A DNA stretch of 64,000 nucleotides from Octopus sinensis (taxonomy: Eukaryota): NCBI RefSeq assembly GCF_006345805.1, contig NC_042998.1, positions 198,462,001 to 198,526,000 of the forward strand. The letters run 5' to 3'. The notes under the pieces are model-generated. The model saw nothing but the letters and a program-made list of their open reading frames with translations, made no database searches and had not been told where the DNA came from. Below, piece after piece: positions 12,238-26,239 of this stretch (position 1 is the stretch's first letter; every line of letters begins with the position of its first letter). A program made the translations under genes and the position numbers.

Positions 12238-13601
12238 CGACCCCACTAACAATAATAATGTTTATTCCTAAGATAGGCATAAGGTTACATATTTATGGGT
12301 GGGATCGTCGATTAAATCAACATTATGGTGATGAAAAGCAAGGTTTGAACTCAAATCAAAGTAATTAGTTTAACCGTTTTTGCTACTCCACCGCATTGCG
12401 GGTGGGGGTGGGGGAGATTCTACAGAAATTGCTAAAAAAAAAAAAAAAAATTAGTGAGTGTCAGCGCTAGAGTAAAAAGTGAGTTTTTCCAATGATCACA
12501 AGACGTAGTAGAACTGTGCGAGAGAGAGAATTGGCTGTAAGGAAGTGATGGAGGAGAGGTGGTTTTGTATTGACTTATGTAACCATGGAGAGAGGATGGA
12601 GATGTCTAGACGAGAAAGTGGCGGGGTAGAATATGATGAATATGTTGAGAAACGGAGATGCTGTGTAGAGAAACGGAAAGGGAAAAGGAGATAATGTACA
12701 AGAGAGAAATATATAGAGATATAGAAATATTGTCGAAATGATAGACTGATTAATGAAACTAGAGCTGTCTGGTCTTGCAAGAAGCTGCTGCTGTTGGTGC
12801 TATGGTAACCGACGTCTCCAATTAGACGACCGCCCAGGAATTCCTCCCCCACGCTCTCTCTCTATCTCTCTTTCTCTACACACACCCACGCACGGACCGA
12901 TGTAGTGTTCGTAGCATGCTGATATTGGCGGTCACAGGACTCTCTCTCTCTCTTGCTCTTTCGTACACACACACACACGTACACACATCTACTTGTTGAG
13001 TCACACGTCACACACACATACGTACGTATACACAAACCCAGTGTCTCACATGTGCGCTGAGTCACACACACATGATATATCAGTACGCTTTTTATCAGAC
13101 ATCATACAACGATCAACACACATATTCACACACACACACCCCCATTCGCCTAACCTTTTCAACACACACATCTATATATATATATGTATATACAGGGTGT
13201 CCCAAAAAAATGTATACACATCTTAAATAATTGTAAACTTGTTATTCTTCGTAAGCCTAGTACTTATTCTATCGTTCTCTTTTGCCGAACCACTATGTGT
13301 ATACATTTTTTGTATGTGTATACATTATGTGTATACATATGTGTATACATTATGTAAAAGTAAAAAAATATACAAACGGGACAAGAACGTGAAACATTTA
13401 GAAGACGACACAAAAAACACGGACGGGACATTCGAAGCATCGGTTGTCAAGCAATACTATGGGGTCAAACACAGACACACAAACACACGCATATATATAT
13501 ATACACATATATACGACGGGCTTCTTTCAGTTTCCGTCTACCAAATTCACTCACAAGGCTTTGGTCAGCCCGAGGCTATAGTAGAAGACACTTGCCCAAG
13601 G

Positions 13602-13652
<51 letters not shown>

Positions 13653-13963
13653 TAAGAGTCCCTTAAGTCGGGAAAAAATGCATTCGTATATCTGTCAATA
13701 GAGAGGGTATATTTATATATTTATGGACTAGCAAGAGAACGAGGAACCTCAACGTGGTTCCTCGACCTAGTAGAGATAGAAGTCAAATTTCCTTCAAACT
13801 ATACACAATCTTAAAATAAAAAGAGATCACATCGGTTAAAGTAGTCCTAGATACACTACTACTGGAAAAAAAAAAAGGGGCAGTCATGGGATGCGTGCCT
13901 TAGAATCTGAACGGGCAAACCCTAGCATCTAGGCCTAGTTGTGTTCGGTCAGAACAGATTATA

Positions 13964-14400
13964 GGTACTACTTGAGAACAGTGGTCCCGGTGCGCGCACT
14001 CGTGCTAGCTAGTCGTGACTAGTCGATCCTTACTTTGTGTTTTTTGTGTGTTATTTACTTTGTTTAATAAATTACTTACTTTGCGTTTTTGTGTGTTTTA
14101 TTTAACATAAGGGGGATCAGCCATCTGAATGTGGCTAGGGTCAGGGCGGGGTGGTGGGGGTGTTACTGATGCATTTAGCTCCCAGTAACACCCCCACCAC
14201 CCCGCCCTGACCCTAGCCACATTCAGATGGCTGATCCCCCTTATGTTATAGAGCAGTTACTGTTTATATCTCGCTCAGAGATTTATTATTGTGTTTTATT
14301 TACTTTGTGTAAAAAAAAAAAAAATTTATTTTGTGTTCGACTAGTAACGACTAGCTAGCACGGATGCGCGCACCGGGACCGCTGTTCTAAAAGTAGTACC
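13964..14400. mobile_element. M1 MITE copy 2, carrying a nested perfect palindrome
   Basis: Same TIRs as 6151-6420, with an extra insert at 14103-14248. Confidence 0.75.
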
Positions 14401-15160
14401 GTACCAAAATTATAGGTATGCAAATATATTTCATCATATCAAACGCTCCGAAATTAGTCAGAAGCTCTTAATTTGAGCCACGTTTCATCAACGCAAAGAT
14501 CAAAGACTGAGGCCCCACCCTCCGCGCACTCCCGATCCGTTTCGAAGTGTTATATAATACATAAATAAATAAATAAATGAAATAGATTCTATAAACATTA
14601 TCACGTGTCTCGCGCCTGATGCCTATATTTAGCAGGAGGAATAACCCTAAACCCCCCCACTTTCAACTGCAGCACATACATACATACATACATACAAACA
14701 ACCGTCCCCCCTATAGAACTCAATAAACCCCCTTTCTCCCCACCAATTAAGCCCCCCCCCCTTCCGCCGTCTCTGTTTATATAATACGTAATGTAAACAT
14801 TACAACTCTGGAATGAGAGGAGGTTGAACAGGCAGGCATATATATAAACTACAATTTCTGTCTCGAGCTATATAGACAGACACAAAATCGTAGTAAGAAA
14901 TTAGAGTAAGTTCGATTTACACCTAGATTTCAATATTTCTTTTCTTCTTGTTTCACTCGGGAAGTTTCTTTATTTTTGTATACATAAGCGCAGGAGTGGC
15001 TGTGTGGTAAGTAGCTTGCTAACCAACCACATGGTTCCGGGTTCAGTCCCACTGCGTGGCATCTTGAGCAAAGTGTCTTCTGCTATAGCCCCGAGCCGAC
15101 CAATGCCTTGTGAGTGGATTTGGTAGACGGAAACTGAAACAAGCCTGTCGTATATATGTA

Positions 15161-15242
<82 letters not shown>

Positions 15243-15757
15243 CTGTGTTTGTCCCCCTAGCATTGCTTGACAACCGATGCTGGTGTGTTCACGTCCCCGT
15301 CACTTAGCGGTTCGGCAAAAGAGACCGATAGAATAAGTACTGGGCTTACAAAGAATAAGTCCCGGGGTCGATTTGCTCGATTAAAAAAGGCGGTGCTCCA
15401 GCATGGCCGCAGTCAAAATGACTGAAACAAGTAAAAGAGTTATTCTCTAGCTCCAATGAGCTGTAAACTGGGACCACTGAGTCATTTTTGTTGTCCCCCC
15501 ACGCCGACAGTTTCTGACACAACATAATATCCAATTTGTAAGCTTAGAGGGTGTGAAATAAGGGAGATCCGGAGATCCGGACTGCTTTTTTTCTTTGACT
15601 CTTCAGTGTTTAGATTACTCTGTCAAACGTAATACTTGTTTATTCATTGTTTTGAATTAATTGTGCCTTATCTCGTAACTTCAAAAATTCTGATGATGTG
15701 ATTGTTTATCTTTAGAATAACATTGTAGGGTAGGTGTGAGAGGCTGAATCTCATAAG

Positions 15758-16032
15758 GGCAATCTTTCGTCTCTAGTAGACCTTTCCGTCGATTTCCGTA
15801 AAAAAAAAATTTTTTTTTTACATATGGGCTTGCGGGAACTTTTGAAGTAATGAGAGCGAAAGAGACTAAGAGAATGCGATTGTATGACGAGGGAAGTTCT
15901 TTTGAAGTTACCGTACATGGGAGCATTGATGTACATGTGTGTATGTGTGTGTGTGTGTGTTTGATGGGGTGTGGGAGACAGACAGTATGTTGTGTAATCG
16001 ACGGAAAGGTCTACTAGAGACGAAAGATCGCC
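15758..16032. mobile_element. 37-bp-TIR element nested in a piggyBac-type MITE
   Basis: 15758-15794 and 15996-16032 are reverse complements at 36/37. The flanks belong to the MITE family seen at 49787-50005. Confidence 0.65.
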
Positions 16033-17752
16033 TCTCGTAAGTTTGAACATAAAACAAGGATATTCTGGCCAGATATGGCCAGTTTAAACACTAAAGGATT
16101 AAACCCCAAACGAATATTTTAAGGTGAATTCGTCAATAATGCAACGTAGCTGAGTTATTTCATGGGCAAATCGGTTCGTTCTACTATTCTTGTTGAATCG
16201 AGGATATTTGGAAACTCACAGGAACTGGATCCAAGCCGAGTTAATTCCGATCCTTGGAAATACTTGCAGTAAACACGCAACCAATTTTCCCCGGTGTTAA
16301 AATGTGGTCTTAGCTATTTTCATTTCTCGAAAATACGCTAATTAAAAAAAGAAAATCATTTATATGTATACCATTCATTAATTTGCTTTTATTATCAGGT
16401 ACGATGACTAAAGCTCCATATATGCGCCTAACAGGGAAAACATTTTCAAATCAATGCCCCAGTGACACAGTCATTGCTAAATATAACCTCATTGTGACAT
16501 CTTGCTGCAGTGAAAATCTTCCTTGGTGTTAGCTCCTGTGCAGGAGGGATCTCTTTTCGATATCAATCTACTATTATTATTCCATACTGACCAACTGTAG
16601 CCCAGACTTTACATAATGTTAACATACTTAGTCTAGACATAGGTCAATGACCCAGTGAAAGCAAAAACTTACATAGTATGACCCAAACAAACCTTACTCT
16701 ATAGTAAAAAAAAAAATTCTACCAATAACTTGGAGATCGATTTCTTTCGGCACATTTCTTCAGATATTAGAAAATAACTATTTCTGAAATTGAACTCCAA
16801 TATTGCTGAGAATTACTCTTTAGCATATAGTTCGCACTGATGGGCAAACTCCTGCTCAAATGCGTTCCAACCAGGACCACACCATCTTAATTTAGGCACA
16901 GTACATCCAATAAGTCATACCGTTTTTGTAAGATTCTAGGTTTGATTCTAGAGAAATTTGGCTATTTTAGGAAATCGAGAGTTCCCTCATTGACAATACA
17001 TAAATGACCTGAATGAATTTAATTAAGGTTACGTATCAAGTCAGATATTAAATGATTATTACAACACTAATAATTAAAGCAAAATAAAGTTGGAGTCAGG
17101 AAACAATATTGCGTAAGAAGAGAGAACAACAAAGATGTGTTGGTAGGTAGCATCGTGTTCAATAAAGACACGTGTGTATACATTATATGTGCGTGCATTG
17201 TTTGTATTTATACACACACATATACCTAAGAGGAATACACTCGTATAAACATACAAGTCATAGGAAACATTACACACATAAGGTCCATGGGCCAACAGGT
17301 TTTGGGGTCTGAGGACACGCCATAAAACTGAACCCGTTTATGGACGGGAAACCCAAGGTACTCCCATAAACAGGCCTTCCCCAATTTATATATATGTGTG
17401 TATGTGTATACATATATATATATATATATAAAACCATGGCGACTGAAGAAGGGTTTTTTTCCTTGTGTTATTTGTCCTGTACTCTATTTTTTTTTGTTGT
17501 TTAAGAAAAATGTCCAGTTCCTTGGGTTTGTGTCTATGTTTTCGTTTCTCATTGTGTTCGACGTTTTTTTTTTTTTTTGGTGTCCTGTACTTATATATGC
17601 GTGTATATATACATGTAGAGGTAGGTACGTACACATATGTATATATATATATGCATATGTTTTATTTATTAATATATATATATATATATATATGCATATG
17701 TTTTATTTATTAATATATATATATATATATATATATGCATATGTTTTATTTA

Positions 17753-17812
<60 letters not shown>

Positions 17813-17934
17813 GGCTGGGGGGAAAGTAGCTGTGGTGAAAGAACAGACATGCATCAAATAATCAATCCAAACAGATGAAAAAAAAAAAACCCAAAACAAT
17901 TTGGTTGTTTTTAATTACAAAATGTTCTACTTAC

Positions 17935-18017
17935 GGTTTTTTGGGCTCCGGAATTGCAGGTTTACTGTTGTAATTTCTGGCCCTTTTACTCTGGAATAAC
18001 CTATTGAGGAAGGGCAT
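17935..18017 (-). CDS. Probable first coding exon of an unidentified gene (MPFLNRLFQSKRARNYNSKPAIPEPKK)
   Basis: ACAACATG start context, 27 codons plus 2 nt of non-repetitive sequence, and a consensus GTAAGT donor at 17934. No partner exon was identified in the window. Confidence 0.5.
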
Positions 18018-18219
18018 GTTGTGATTGTAAATTGGTGCCGTTTGGAAATGTACAAGAGGTGTGTGTATGATAAGGAGGGGAAAAATAATATATTGGGCAA
18101 ACCAGCTATTGTAGTATAGATATATTATATATATATATATATATACGTTGTTGATGTGTGGATGTTGTTTGCAAGGTGCTTGTGTTCTTGTTATGGCGGT
18201 GAGACTGGAGTCACATCCG

Positions 18220-18870
18220 TGTGGTGTGTGTGTATATTTCAAAAGATGTGTGGTGTGTGTGTGTGTATATTTCAAAAGATGTGTGGTGTGTGTGTATATT
18301 TCAAAAGATGTGTGGTGTGGTGTACATTTCAAAAGATGTGGTGTGTATGTGTGTATATTTCAAAAGATGTGTGGTGTGTATGTATATTTCAAAAGATGTG
18401 TGGTGTGTATGTATATTTCAAAAGATGTGTGGTGTGTATGTATATTTCAAAAGATGTGTGGTGTGTGTGTGTATATTTCAAAAGATGTGTGGTGTGGTGG
18501 TGTATATTTCAAAAGATGTGTGGTGTGTGTGTGTATATTTCAAAAGATGTGTGTGTGTGTATTTCAAAAGATGTGTGGTGCGTGTATGTATATTTCAAAA
18601 GATGTGTAGATGTGTGGTATGTGTGTATATTTCAAAAGATGTGTAGATGTGTGGTGTGTGTATATTTCAAAAGATGTGTGGTGTGTGTGTGTATGTATAT
18701 TTCAAAAGATGTGTAGATGTGTGGTGTGTGTGTATATTTCAAAAGATGTGTAGATGTGTGGTGTGTGTGTATATTTCAAAAGATGTGTAGATGTGTGGTG
18801 TGTGTATATTTCAAAAGATGTGTGGTGTGTGTGTGTATATTTCAAAAGATGTGTGGTGTGTGTGTGTGTA
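18220..18870. repeat. Minisatellite, 20 copies of GTATATTTCAAAAGATGTGTGGT(GT)n
   Basis: 20 occurrences of TTTCAAAAGATG counted by eye, unit about 24-37 bp. This explains the Cys/Val-rich ORFs at 18148-18716. Confidence 0.95.
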
Positions 18871-19559
18871 TGAGATGGATATGAATTAACAGTAGCAAAG
18901 AGCAGGGGTTAGAAAACTAGTACTGATAACAGGAAGGCCAGAAAAGTAGTACTAGTTTCTAATAACAGTTACTATAAGTGTGTGTTTGCTTAAAGCCAAG
19001 CTCCTGTGGCCTTTGATTGTAAAGTGCACTGACTCTCTCTCTGTCTCTGGTTCCTTGTTGGAGATGATGTTGGTTATTCCATAAAAAAACAAATAGATCG
19101 ATGGATAATTGGTGGGGTGGGGTGAAGTGCTTGGATGGTCGTGGTACCGACGGACCAGACTGCGGTTTTACACATAAGAGTGGAGACAGACTATGAGGGA
19201 GATATGCGGATGTCGTAGTGAAGCAGTGGAAGAAGAAAAACAAAACAAACCAGCCATGTCTGAATTTACGAGGCTAACTGTTGGAGTAGGAGGAGGAGGA
19301 CGAGGAGCAGGATATTGCGGGAGGGGAAGCGGAGGTGAAAGCGATGAGAGAGAGAGAGAGAGAGAAAGAACAAATGAGATGGAGAAAGGGTAAATAAGAA
19401 ATAGAGAGAAACACTGAGAGAGAAAAAAGTGAAAGGTATACAAAGTGTTAGAGGGTGGAGGAAAGAGAGTGAGTGAGAGAGGAAAAAGGTGAAAAATATA
19501 CAAAGTCTGAGAGAGAAAAAGGTGAAAGGTATACAAAGTGAAGGAGGGTGGAGGAAAGA

Positions 19560-19720
19560 GAGCGAGGGAGAGTGAACGCGCGCAACGACGGGTCTGTGAT
19601 CACGTGATTTGGCAGGCGTCGTTGATTGGTGCTCGTAAAACGTCTTACTATTGAGTGGATGTCAACAGCAGTGATTGAATGGCGTTGTTTGATTGGTCCA
19701 TTTCGCTGGTGCTATTGTTA
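19560..19720. promoter_or_regulatory. Promoter-like patch (CpG-dense, E-box, two CCAAT boxes)
   Basis: Palindromic ATCACGTGAT at 19599-19608. GATTGGT (CCAAT on -) at 19624-19630 and 19691-19697. Local CpG enrichment in an AT-rich background, next to a CT-rich leader-like stretch on - (19330-19560). Confidence 0.5.
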
Positions 19721-20098
19721 ATGCTTTGCTCTTCTTCTCAGAAGCAATTACTTCTCTTTTTTCTTTTTGGACGATGGCGATGGTGATCGACTGTTAATAA
19801 GTCTTTGCTGCCATACTTCCTGCTTTGGATTTCACTACTAGAATCCAAAGCATACGCTAAATGATTTTAGCAAGTGTGGCGTGCTGGCAGAAACGTTAGC
19901 ACGCCGGGCGAAATGCGTAGCCGTGCATTTCGTCTGCCGTTACGTTCTGAGTTCAAATTCCGCCGAGGTCGACTTTGCCTTTCATCCTTTCGGGGGTCGA
20001 TAAATTAAGTACCAGTTGCGCACTGGGGTCGATATAATCGAATTAATCCGTTTGTCTGTCCTCTCTGTGTTTAGCCCCTTGTGGGTAGTAAAGAAATA

Positions 20099-20424
20099 GG
20101 TACTACTTTGAGAACGGTGGTCCCGGTGCGGGCACTTGCGTAGTCGCGCATCCGCGCTAGCTAGTCATGACTAGTCGATCCTTGCTTTGTGATTTTGTGT
20201 TTTATTTACTTTGTTTAAAAAATTATTTACTTTGTGTTTTTGAGTTTTATTTTATTTTACTTTGTTTAACAAAAATTATTTACTTTGTGGTAAAAAAATT
20301 ATTTATTTTGTGTTTTATTTACTTTGCCAGGTAGTCATTGTAGGATCGACTAGTCACGACTAGCTTGCGCGGATGCGCGACTACGCAAGTGCGCGCACCG
20401 GGACCACTGTTCTCAAGTAGTACC
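20099..20424. mobile_element. M1 MITE copy 3
   Basis: Same TIRs. The left end is fused to a SINE tail at the shared GGTA, and no TSD is evident. Confidence 0.75.
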
Positions 20425-22383
20425 CAAAGTGTATACAATAAATACACTCCTCTCGTGTATCTATCTATACACACACGTATATTTAAGTCACTGGACTGTA
20501 ATATCTTTTCCCATATACAAAGATAATCGACACCTGCAAAAAAAAAAAAGATACGTTTTTAATTACGTACATAAAAGCACATAATTCGTTTCTTTTACGT
20601 AAATAGACATTACATGTGTAAATATGTACGTTTCATATGCATAAACACACACGTATATTTCACTAAGTGCTTGTATCAGGTCAGGCTTGTGTGTATACAA
20701 TCGACACGTACATAGTTATGCATATACCTATACACCTGGTGTGGAGATGTTTTTAGCAGCAAAATACCTGAGTAACTGTGTGTGTCTTTCATCCTTTCGG
20801 GGTCGATAAATTAAGTACCAGTTACCCACTGGGGTCGATGTAATCGACTTAATCCCTTTGTCTGTCCTTGTTTGTCCCCTCTATGTTTAGCCCCTTGTGG
20901 GTAGTAAAGAAATATATGTATATATATTATCAATAATTAAGGGTAAATTAATAAAGTTATTAATTAATTTCACCAAGTAGTGTTCAGTATGTAAAAGGGC
21001 CATTCAAGGCGTATTCAAAATATTACTTTATATAATTAAGGGCTCAGTAAAATAATTTACTTTGCTGCCACATACTGAAATTTTTAGAAATAGCAGCCAA
21101 AAAAATTTCTTTAGCCATTTCTACTACTTTAAGAAGAATCTCCCTGAAAGTGCTTACTCAAAAATAATTCACGTAGATATGGAGGGAAAACAACAAAATA
21201 TCACAAGTACAAAGATTATTTATACACACGCATATTTATATACATATATGCGTGTGTATAAATCGGGGCTCACTCATGGTATATTTGTCCCATTTTAGTT
21301 TCACGTAATATGAGCTAAAGGTGATAGGACAAAGTTATGTTAGGAAATGCCTCAATTTTATATTTAATTTATTATCATTTTATATTTTGTATTTTTTTTA
21401 TTTTGGAAAAGAGAACAATCTCTGTTTATCTTTCCCCTTTTATTCTAGTGAGGGACAATAAACGGACATTATCATAGGAATTTGACACTAGCATTTATTG
21501 GCAATATAATGATGAAAGGCAAAATCGACTTGGGGAACCCAACATTAAAAACGATATCTAAAATAGGTACGAAGATAATCTATTTTAAGAAATGGGAACA
21601 GGCTATTAAATCGCCTTCGGTACTTTTACCTCTACAAGAATAAAAGACATTCGGTTTTGGTATATTTCAGCTATTAAAGGGAGACAACACACTCTAAACC
21701 ATATTCTATGGCATTGCCAATTCTATTCTCCACTGTTGTTAAAAGACTATTGTACTCACTGGAAGGTGTTTTTGAGAATTCTCTTCATATAGTAATTTTG
21801 CGGATTTAGCACACGATGTCTATGCTGTGGATAGAGAATGCGAATTATCTCTATCTGCACTTGATGTTTAGCTCCGAGTTATCCATGATGAATGGCGTCC
21901 CAGCCATAACCATCACAATGGTTATCCAATAATAACTTTCCTGGTTATCCAATAATACCCTTCTATTTTTGAAGATAGAAGGGTGTTATATGAGGAAGAC
22001 TTGTGTGTTATTTTTAGCCCGTCGAGCAACACCGTAGAGATTCCTTTGTATAATTTGTTCTTACAAACACTTCTAGGTGTTACTCATCCTGCTAGAAACA
22101 ACAACCATACTTTCCACAAATCACATCTTAAAGGACATTTAATAATCATCATCGTTTAGCGTACGTTTTCCATGGGTTAGACAGTTTGACAGGAGGTGCC
22201 TAGGCTTCAGTTGTCTGTTTTGGCATGGTTTCCATCACTGGATGCTCTTCCTAAAGCCAACCACTTTACAAGGAGTGCTTTTTAAATGCTACTGGCTTGG
22301 GTGCTATTACATGACACTGGCACCTGCAAAACAAAGACCAGATGTCAAATCGGGATTTCAGATTTCTTTCGGACAATTTATGA

Positions 22384-22522
22384 GGTACCAAGTTGTTGAA
22401 GATGACGATGAACAGTTGTATGATTTGAACTAAGCTTTATTGCCAATTCTTCAACTGATAATGCAGGATTTTCTTCAAGTAATGCCTCAAGGAGCTTATC
22501 ATCAAACTCAACTGGACGTATA
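22384..22522 (-). mobile_element. Mariner transposase relic (HTH region)
   Basis: RPVEFDDKLLEALLEENPALSVEELAIKLSSNHTTVHRHLQQLG matches the Mos1/SETMAR-type second HTH. Confidence 0.8.
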
Positions 22523-24497
22523 CACACTGTCAGTAGACCAGTTACTGCAGCATTTGTCCTGAGATAAAAATCAATCTATGAATACTTGATTTTTATTCAG
22601 CTGGGTGACTGTTCATAACATCAGGGAATATTTTATTCACTTTTTCCTATATCAGTGTTAATGAATTCTTGTCCGAGCATGTAGCTGGTAATGAGGACAT
22701 GCATGCAGAAAGATCCTGAAAGGTTGAAATGCACTTGGCTGTCTCACTGGTTGTTCCTTGGGACAAAATTTTGTCTCACTTTCATATTTATTGTATTTTC
22801 AACATGACGCATCCATAAGAAATGTTATCTTTAGACAATTGCTATAGTAACTGGCCTATTGACTGTGTATACGTTAAGTATGATGTATAGATGGCTATTT
22901 TAATTTGATATTGCCTCAGTTATGTATACCAGAAATATATGTATGAAGTGATGAATTTTTCTCAAAAACAAGAATGTCAAATGATTTCTAAAGTGCTCTC
23001 ATCATCATCATCACCATCGTTTAGCGTCCGCTTTCCATGCTAGCATGGGTTGGACGGTGCAACTGGGGTCTGGGAAGCCAGAAGGCTGCACCAGGCCCAG
23101 TCTGATCTGGCAATGTTTCTACAGCTGGATGCCCTTCCAAATGCCAACCACTCCATGAGTGTAGTGGGTGCTTTTTATGTGCCACCAGCACAGGTGCCAG
23201 ACGAGGCTGGCAACGGCCACGATCAGATGGTACTTTTTATGTGCCACCGGCACAGAAGCCAGTCGGGGCGGCGCTGGCAGCGGCCACGTTCGGATGGTTA
23301 TCTTATGTGCCACCGGCACTGGTATCACACCTACAATTTCCATTGATGTTGATCGATTTTGATTTTGATTTTCACTTGCCTCAACAGGTCTTCACAAGTA
23401 GAGTTTTGTGTCCCAAGAGGGAAAGGTATGCATAAGTGGACTGAGGCCATGGGTTATGGTCTCACTTGTCCTGCCGGGTCTTCTCACGCACAGCTCTATT
23501 GATTTTAAATGATATGTAATAATAAAATAACATTATTTATTCAGAAGTGCAGCAGTGGCTGTGTGGTAAGTAGCTTGCTTCCCTCCCACCACATGGCTCT
23601 GGATTCAGTCCCACTGCATGGCACCTTGTACCAAACTTTTTACAGAGTGGTTGGCGTTAGGAAGGGCATCCAGCTGTAGAAACACTGCTAGATCAGACCG
23701 GAGCCTGGTGTAGCCTCCTGGCTTCCCAGACCCCAGTCAAATCATCCAACCCATGCTAGCACGGAAAACGGATGTTAAACGATGATGATGAAGTTGAGCT
23801 CATCAAGGATAGGTTGTATTTGCATCAGCATGTGGTGTTCACTTCCCTATGCAATTAATTCAGAACCCTTTTTGCATATTTTGGGGTTTGCTTAACCTTT
23901 ACAGCTGATCTGATGAGTCACCGGGTAGAAACAGGATTAAGCTACCATAGAAGCTGTCATCATCATATAAGCTACTGCCAGTGAAGGGGCTTGGGCTACT
24001 GCTGATTCTCCTTCATTGGCTAGATTGGTGTGAGGAACATCAACTGATCTCTACGGACACAGTCAGTTCATCATTTACGCAAACAAGTTAATTCTAATCC
24101 TACAGATGTGATATGGTGATAAAGAATTAGCCATTGACATTTTCAACACTGAATAATTCAAAGTTATGGATTCTTTCAAGTGGTTCATAAATAGGAATTT
24201 TATTGTGCTACTAAATTTCTTAGGACTAATATACATATTAGAAATAAGAAATATCTCTTATCTCATTACTTGTTTCAGTCATTTGACTGTGACCATGCTG
24301 GGGCACTGCCTGAAAGGGTTTAGTCAAACAAATTGATCCCAGTACTATTATTTTTAAATGATGATGATGATAATGATGATATATATATCTATCAATCTAT
24401 CTATCTTTCTATCAATCAATCAGTCTATCCATCCATCCATCTGTCTATCTATCTATACACACACACACACCAACACACACATACATCTATGTAAATA

Positions 24498-24572
<75 letters not shown>

Positions 24573-25649
24573 TCTCGTGGATGCAAAGTACCAGCCAGAC
24601 CTAGGGTGACATGGTTGTGGAACAGTGTAATTGAGTTGGACGATTTTGACTGAGGGCTGGTGAACCAGATGGTTGCATCAGGCTCCAATCTTGATCTGGC
24701 AGTGTTTGTACAGCTGGATGCCCTTCCTAACACCAACCACTCCGAGAGTGTAGTGGATGCTTTAACGTGCCACCAGCACGGGGGCCAGTCAGGCAGTACT
24801 GGCAGTGATATATATATATATATTGTTATATATATATATATATATATATATTATTATTGTTATTATATTGGGGAGGCTCATTTATTTTTTTTGCCAAATA
24901 ATCACACTATATTATTACTGTTCTTATTTTAATATCCTTCCACATCAGGAATCTTGCAAAACAGGTACATCGATGTGTATGTGTGTTTATATATATATAT
25001 ATATATAAGACATGTTGAGGCAAGTGAAATCAAAATCAAATTCGATGACTGGCATCCATGCCAGCGGGGCACAAAGAGAACCATACGAGCATGATCGTTA
25101 ACAGAGCAGCTAACTGGCTTCCATGCCAGTGGCACATAAAAGGCACCATTCATGTGTGATCATTACCAGCGTCACCTTACTGGCACCTTTGCTGGTGGCA
25201 CGTGTAAAAACATTCAAGCGAGGTCATTGCCAGTACTCCCTGACTGGCCCCCGTGCCAGTGGCACGTAAAAGCACCCACTACACTCTTGGAGTGGTTGGC
25301 ATCCAGCTGTAGAAACTCTACCATATCAAGATTGGAGCCTGGTGCAGCCATCTGGTTCGCCAGCCCTCAGTCAAAATCGTCCAACCCAATTACACTATTC
25401 CACCACCATGTCACCCTAGGTCTGGTTGGTACTTTGCATCCAAGAGAATATATATATATATATATATATATAGGAGTGGCTGTGTGGTAGGTAGCTTGCT
25501 AACCAACCACATGGTTCCGGGTTCAGTCCCACTGCATGGCATCTTGGGCAAGTGTCTTCTACTATAGCGCCGGGCCGACCAATGCCTTGTGAGTGGATTT
25601 GGTAGATGGAAACTGAAAGAAGCCTGTCGTATATATGTATATATATATG

Positions 25650-25683
<34 letters not shown>

Positions 25684-26010
25684 TATGTGTATGTGTATTT
25701 GTGTCTGCTTGACAACCGATGCTGGTGTGTTTACGTCCCCGTCACTTAGCGGTTCGGCAAAAGAGACCGATAGAATAAGTACTGGGCTTACAAAGAATAA
25801 GTCCCGGGGTCGATTTGCACGACTAAGGGCGGTGCTCCAGCATGGCCGCAGTCAAATGACTGAAACAAGTAAAAAAGAATAGATATTTACATAGATGTAT
25901 GTGTGTGTATAGATAGAGGGATGGATGGACGGATAGACGGACAAAGGAAGACAAGCTAAGAACAGTTTTATTGCTTATGAATAGCCTAGAGAATTCCAGA
26001 TATCTAGAAA

Positions 26011-26239
26011 TCTTTATATATAAAAGTGAAGTTGTGTATCTTATAGTCATGATTCATATCGAGCCCTTCTGGGTATTAGCGCGCGTCTATGATGAGTCAA
26101 CGATTTTAAAAAAAATTTACCATAATCTTTTTTCCATTTTTAATGCTTTTTTTTGCTATTTTTTGGCTATAACTCTCTAAAAATGCTTATATAGTTATTT
26201 CCCTTACAAATCCGAGCAACGCCGGGCGATACTGCTAGT
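26011..26239 (+). mobile_element. Helentron/DINE-1-like element, short subfamily
   Basis: TCTTTATATATAAAAG start and CCGAGCAACGCCGGG...CTAGT end. The 3' half is shared with 49550-49639. Confidence 0.7.

Noticed and set aside
12496-12852. 118-aa minus-strand ORF near an X-box-like GTTACCATAGCACC
   Set aside because: Low-complexity purine/pyrimidine strand bias, no recognisable domain or splice support, and the X-box misses the consensus AAC end.
18148-18716. Three long overlapping Cys/Val-rich ORFs (153, 186 and 141 aa)
   Set aside because: These are translations of the minisatellite, open in all three frames because the unit lacks stops.
18220-18870. CRISPR-like appearance (constant repeat, variable spacer)
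   Set aside because: The spacers are only (GT)n length variants rather than unique sequences, there are no cas genes, and the context is eukaryotic.
19821-19852. 11-bp perfect hairpin near the promoter-like patch
   Set aside because: Too short to distinguish from chance in 64 kb; no snoRNA or miRNA hallmarks.
23903-23943. CTGATGAG...GAAAC hammerhead-like string
   Set aside because: G10.1 faces A and there is no stem III or NUH triplet after GAAAC, so the fold cannot be completed.
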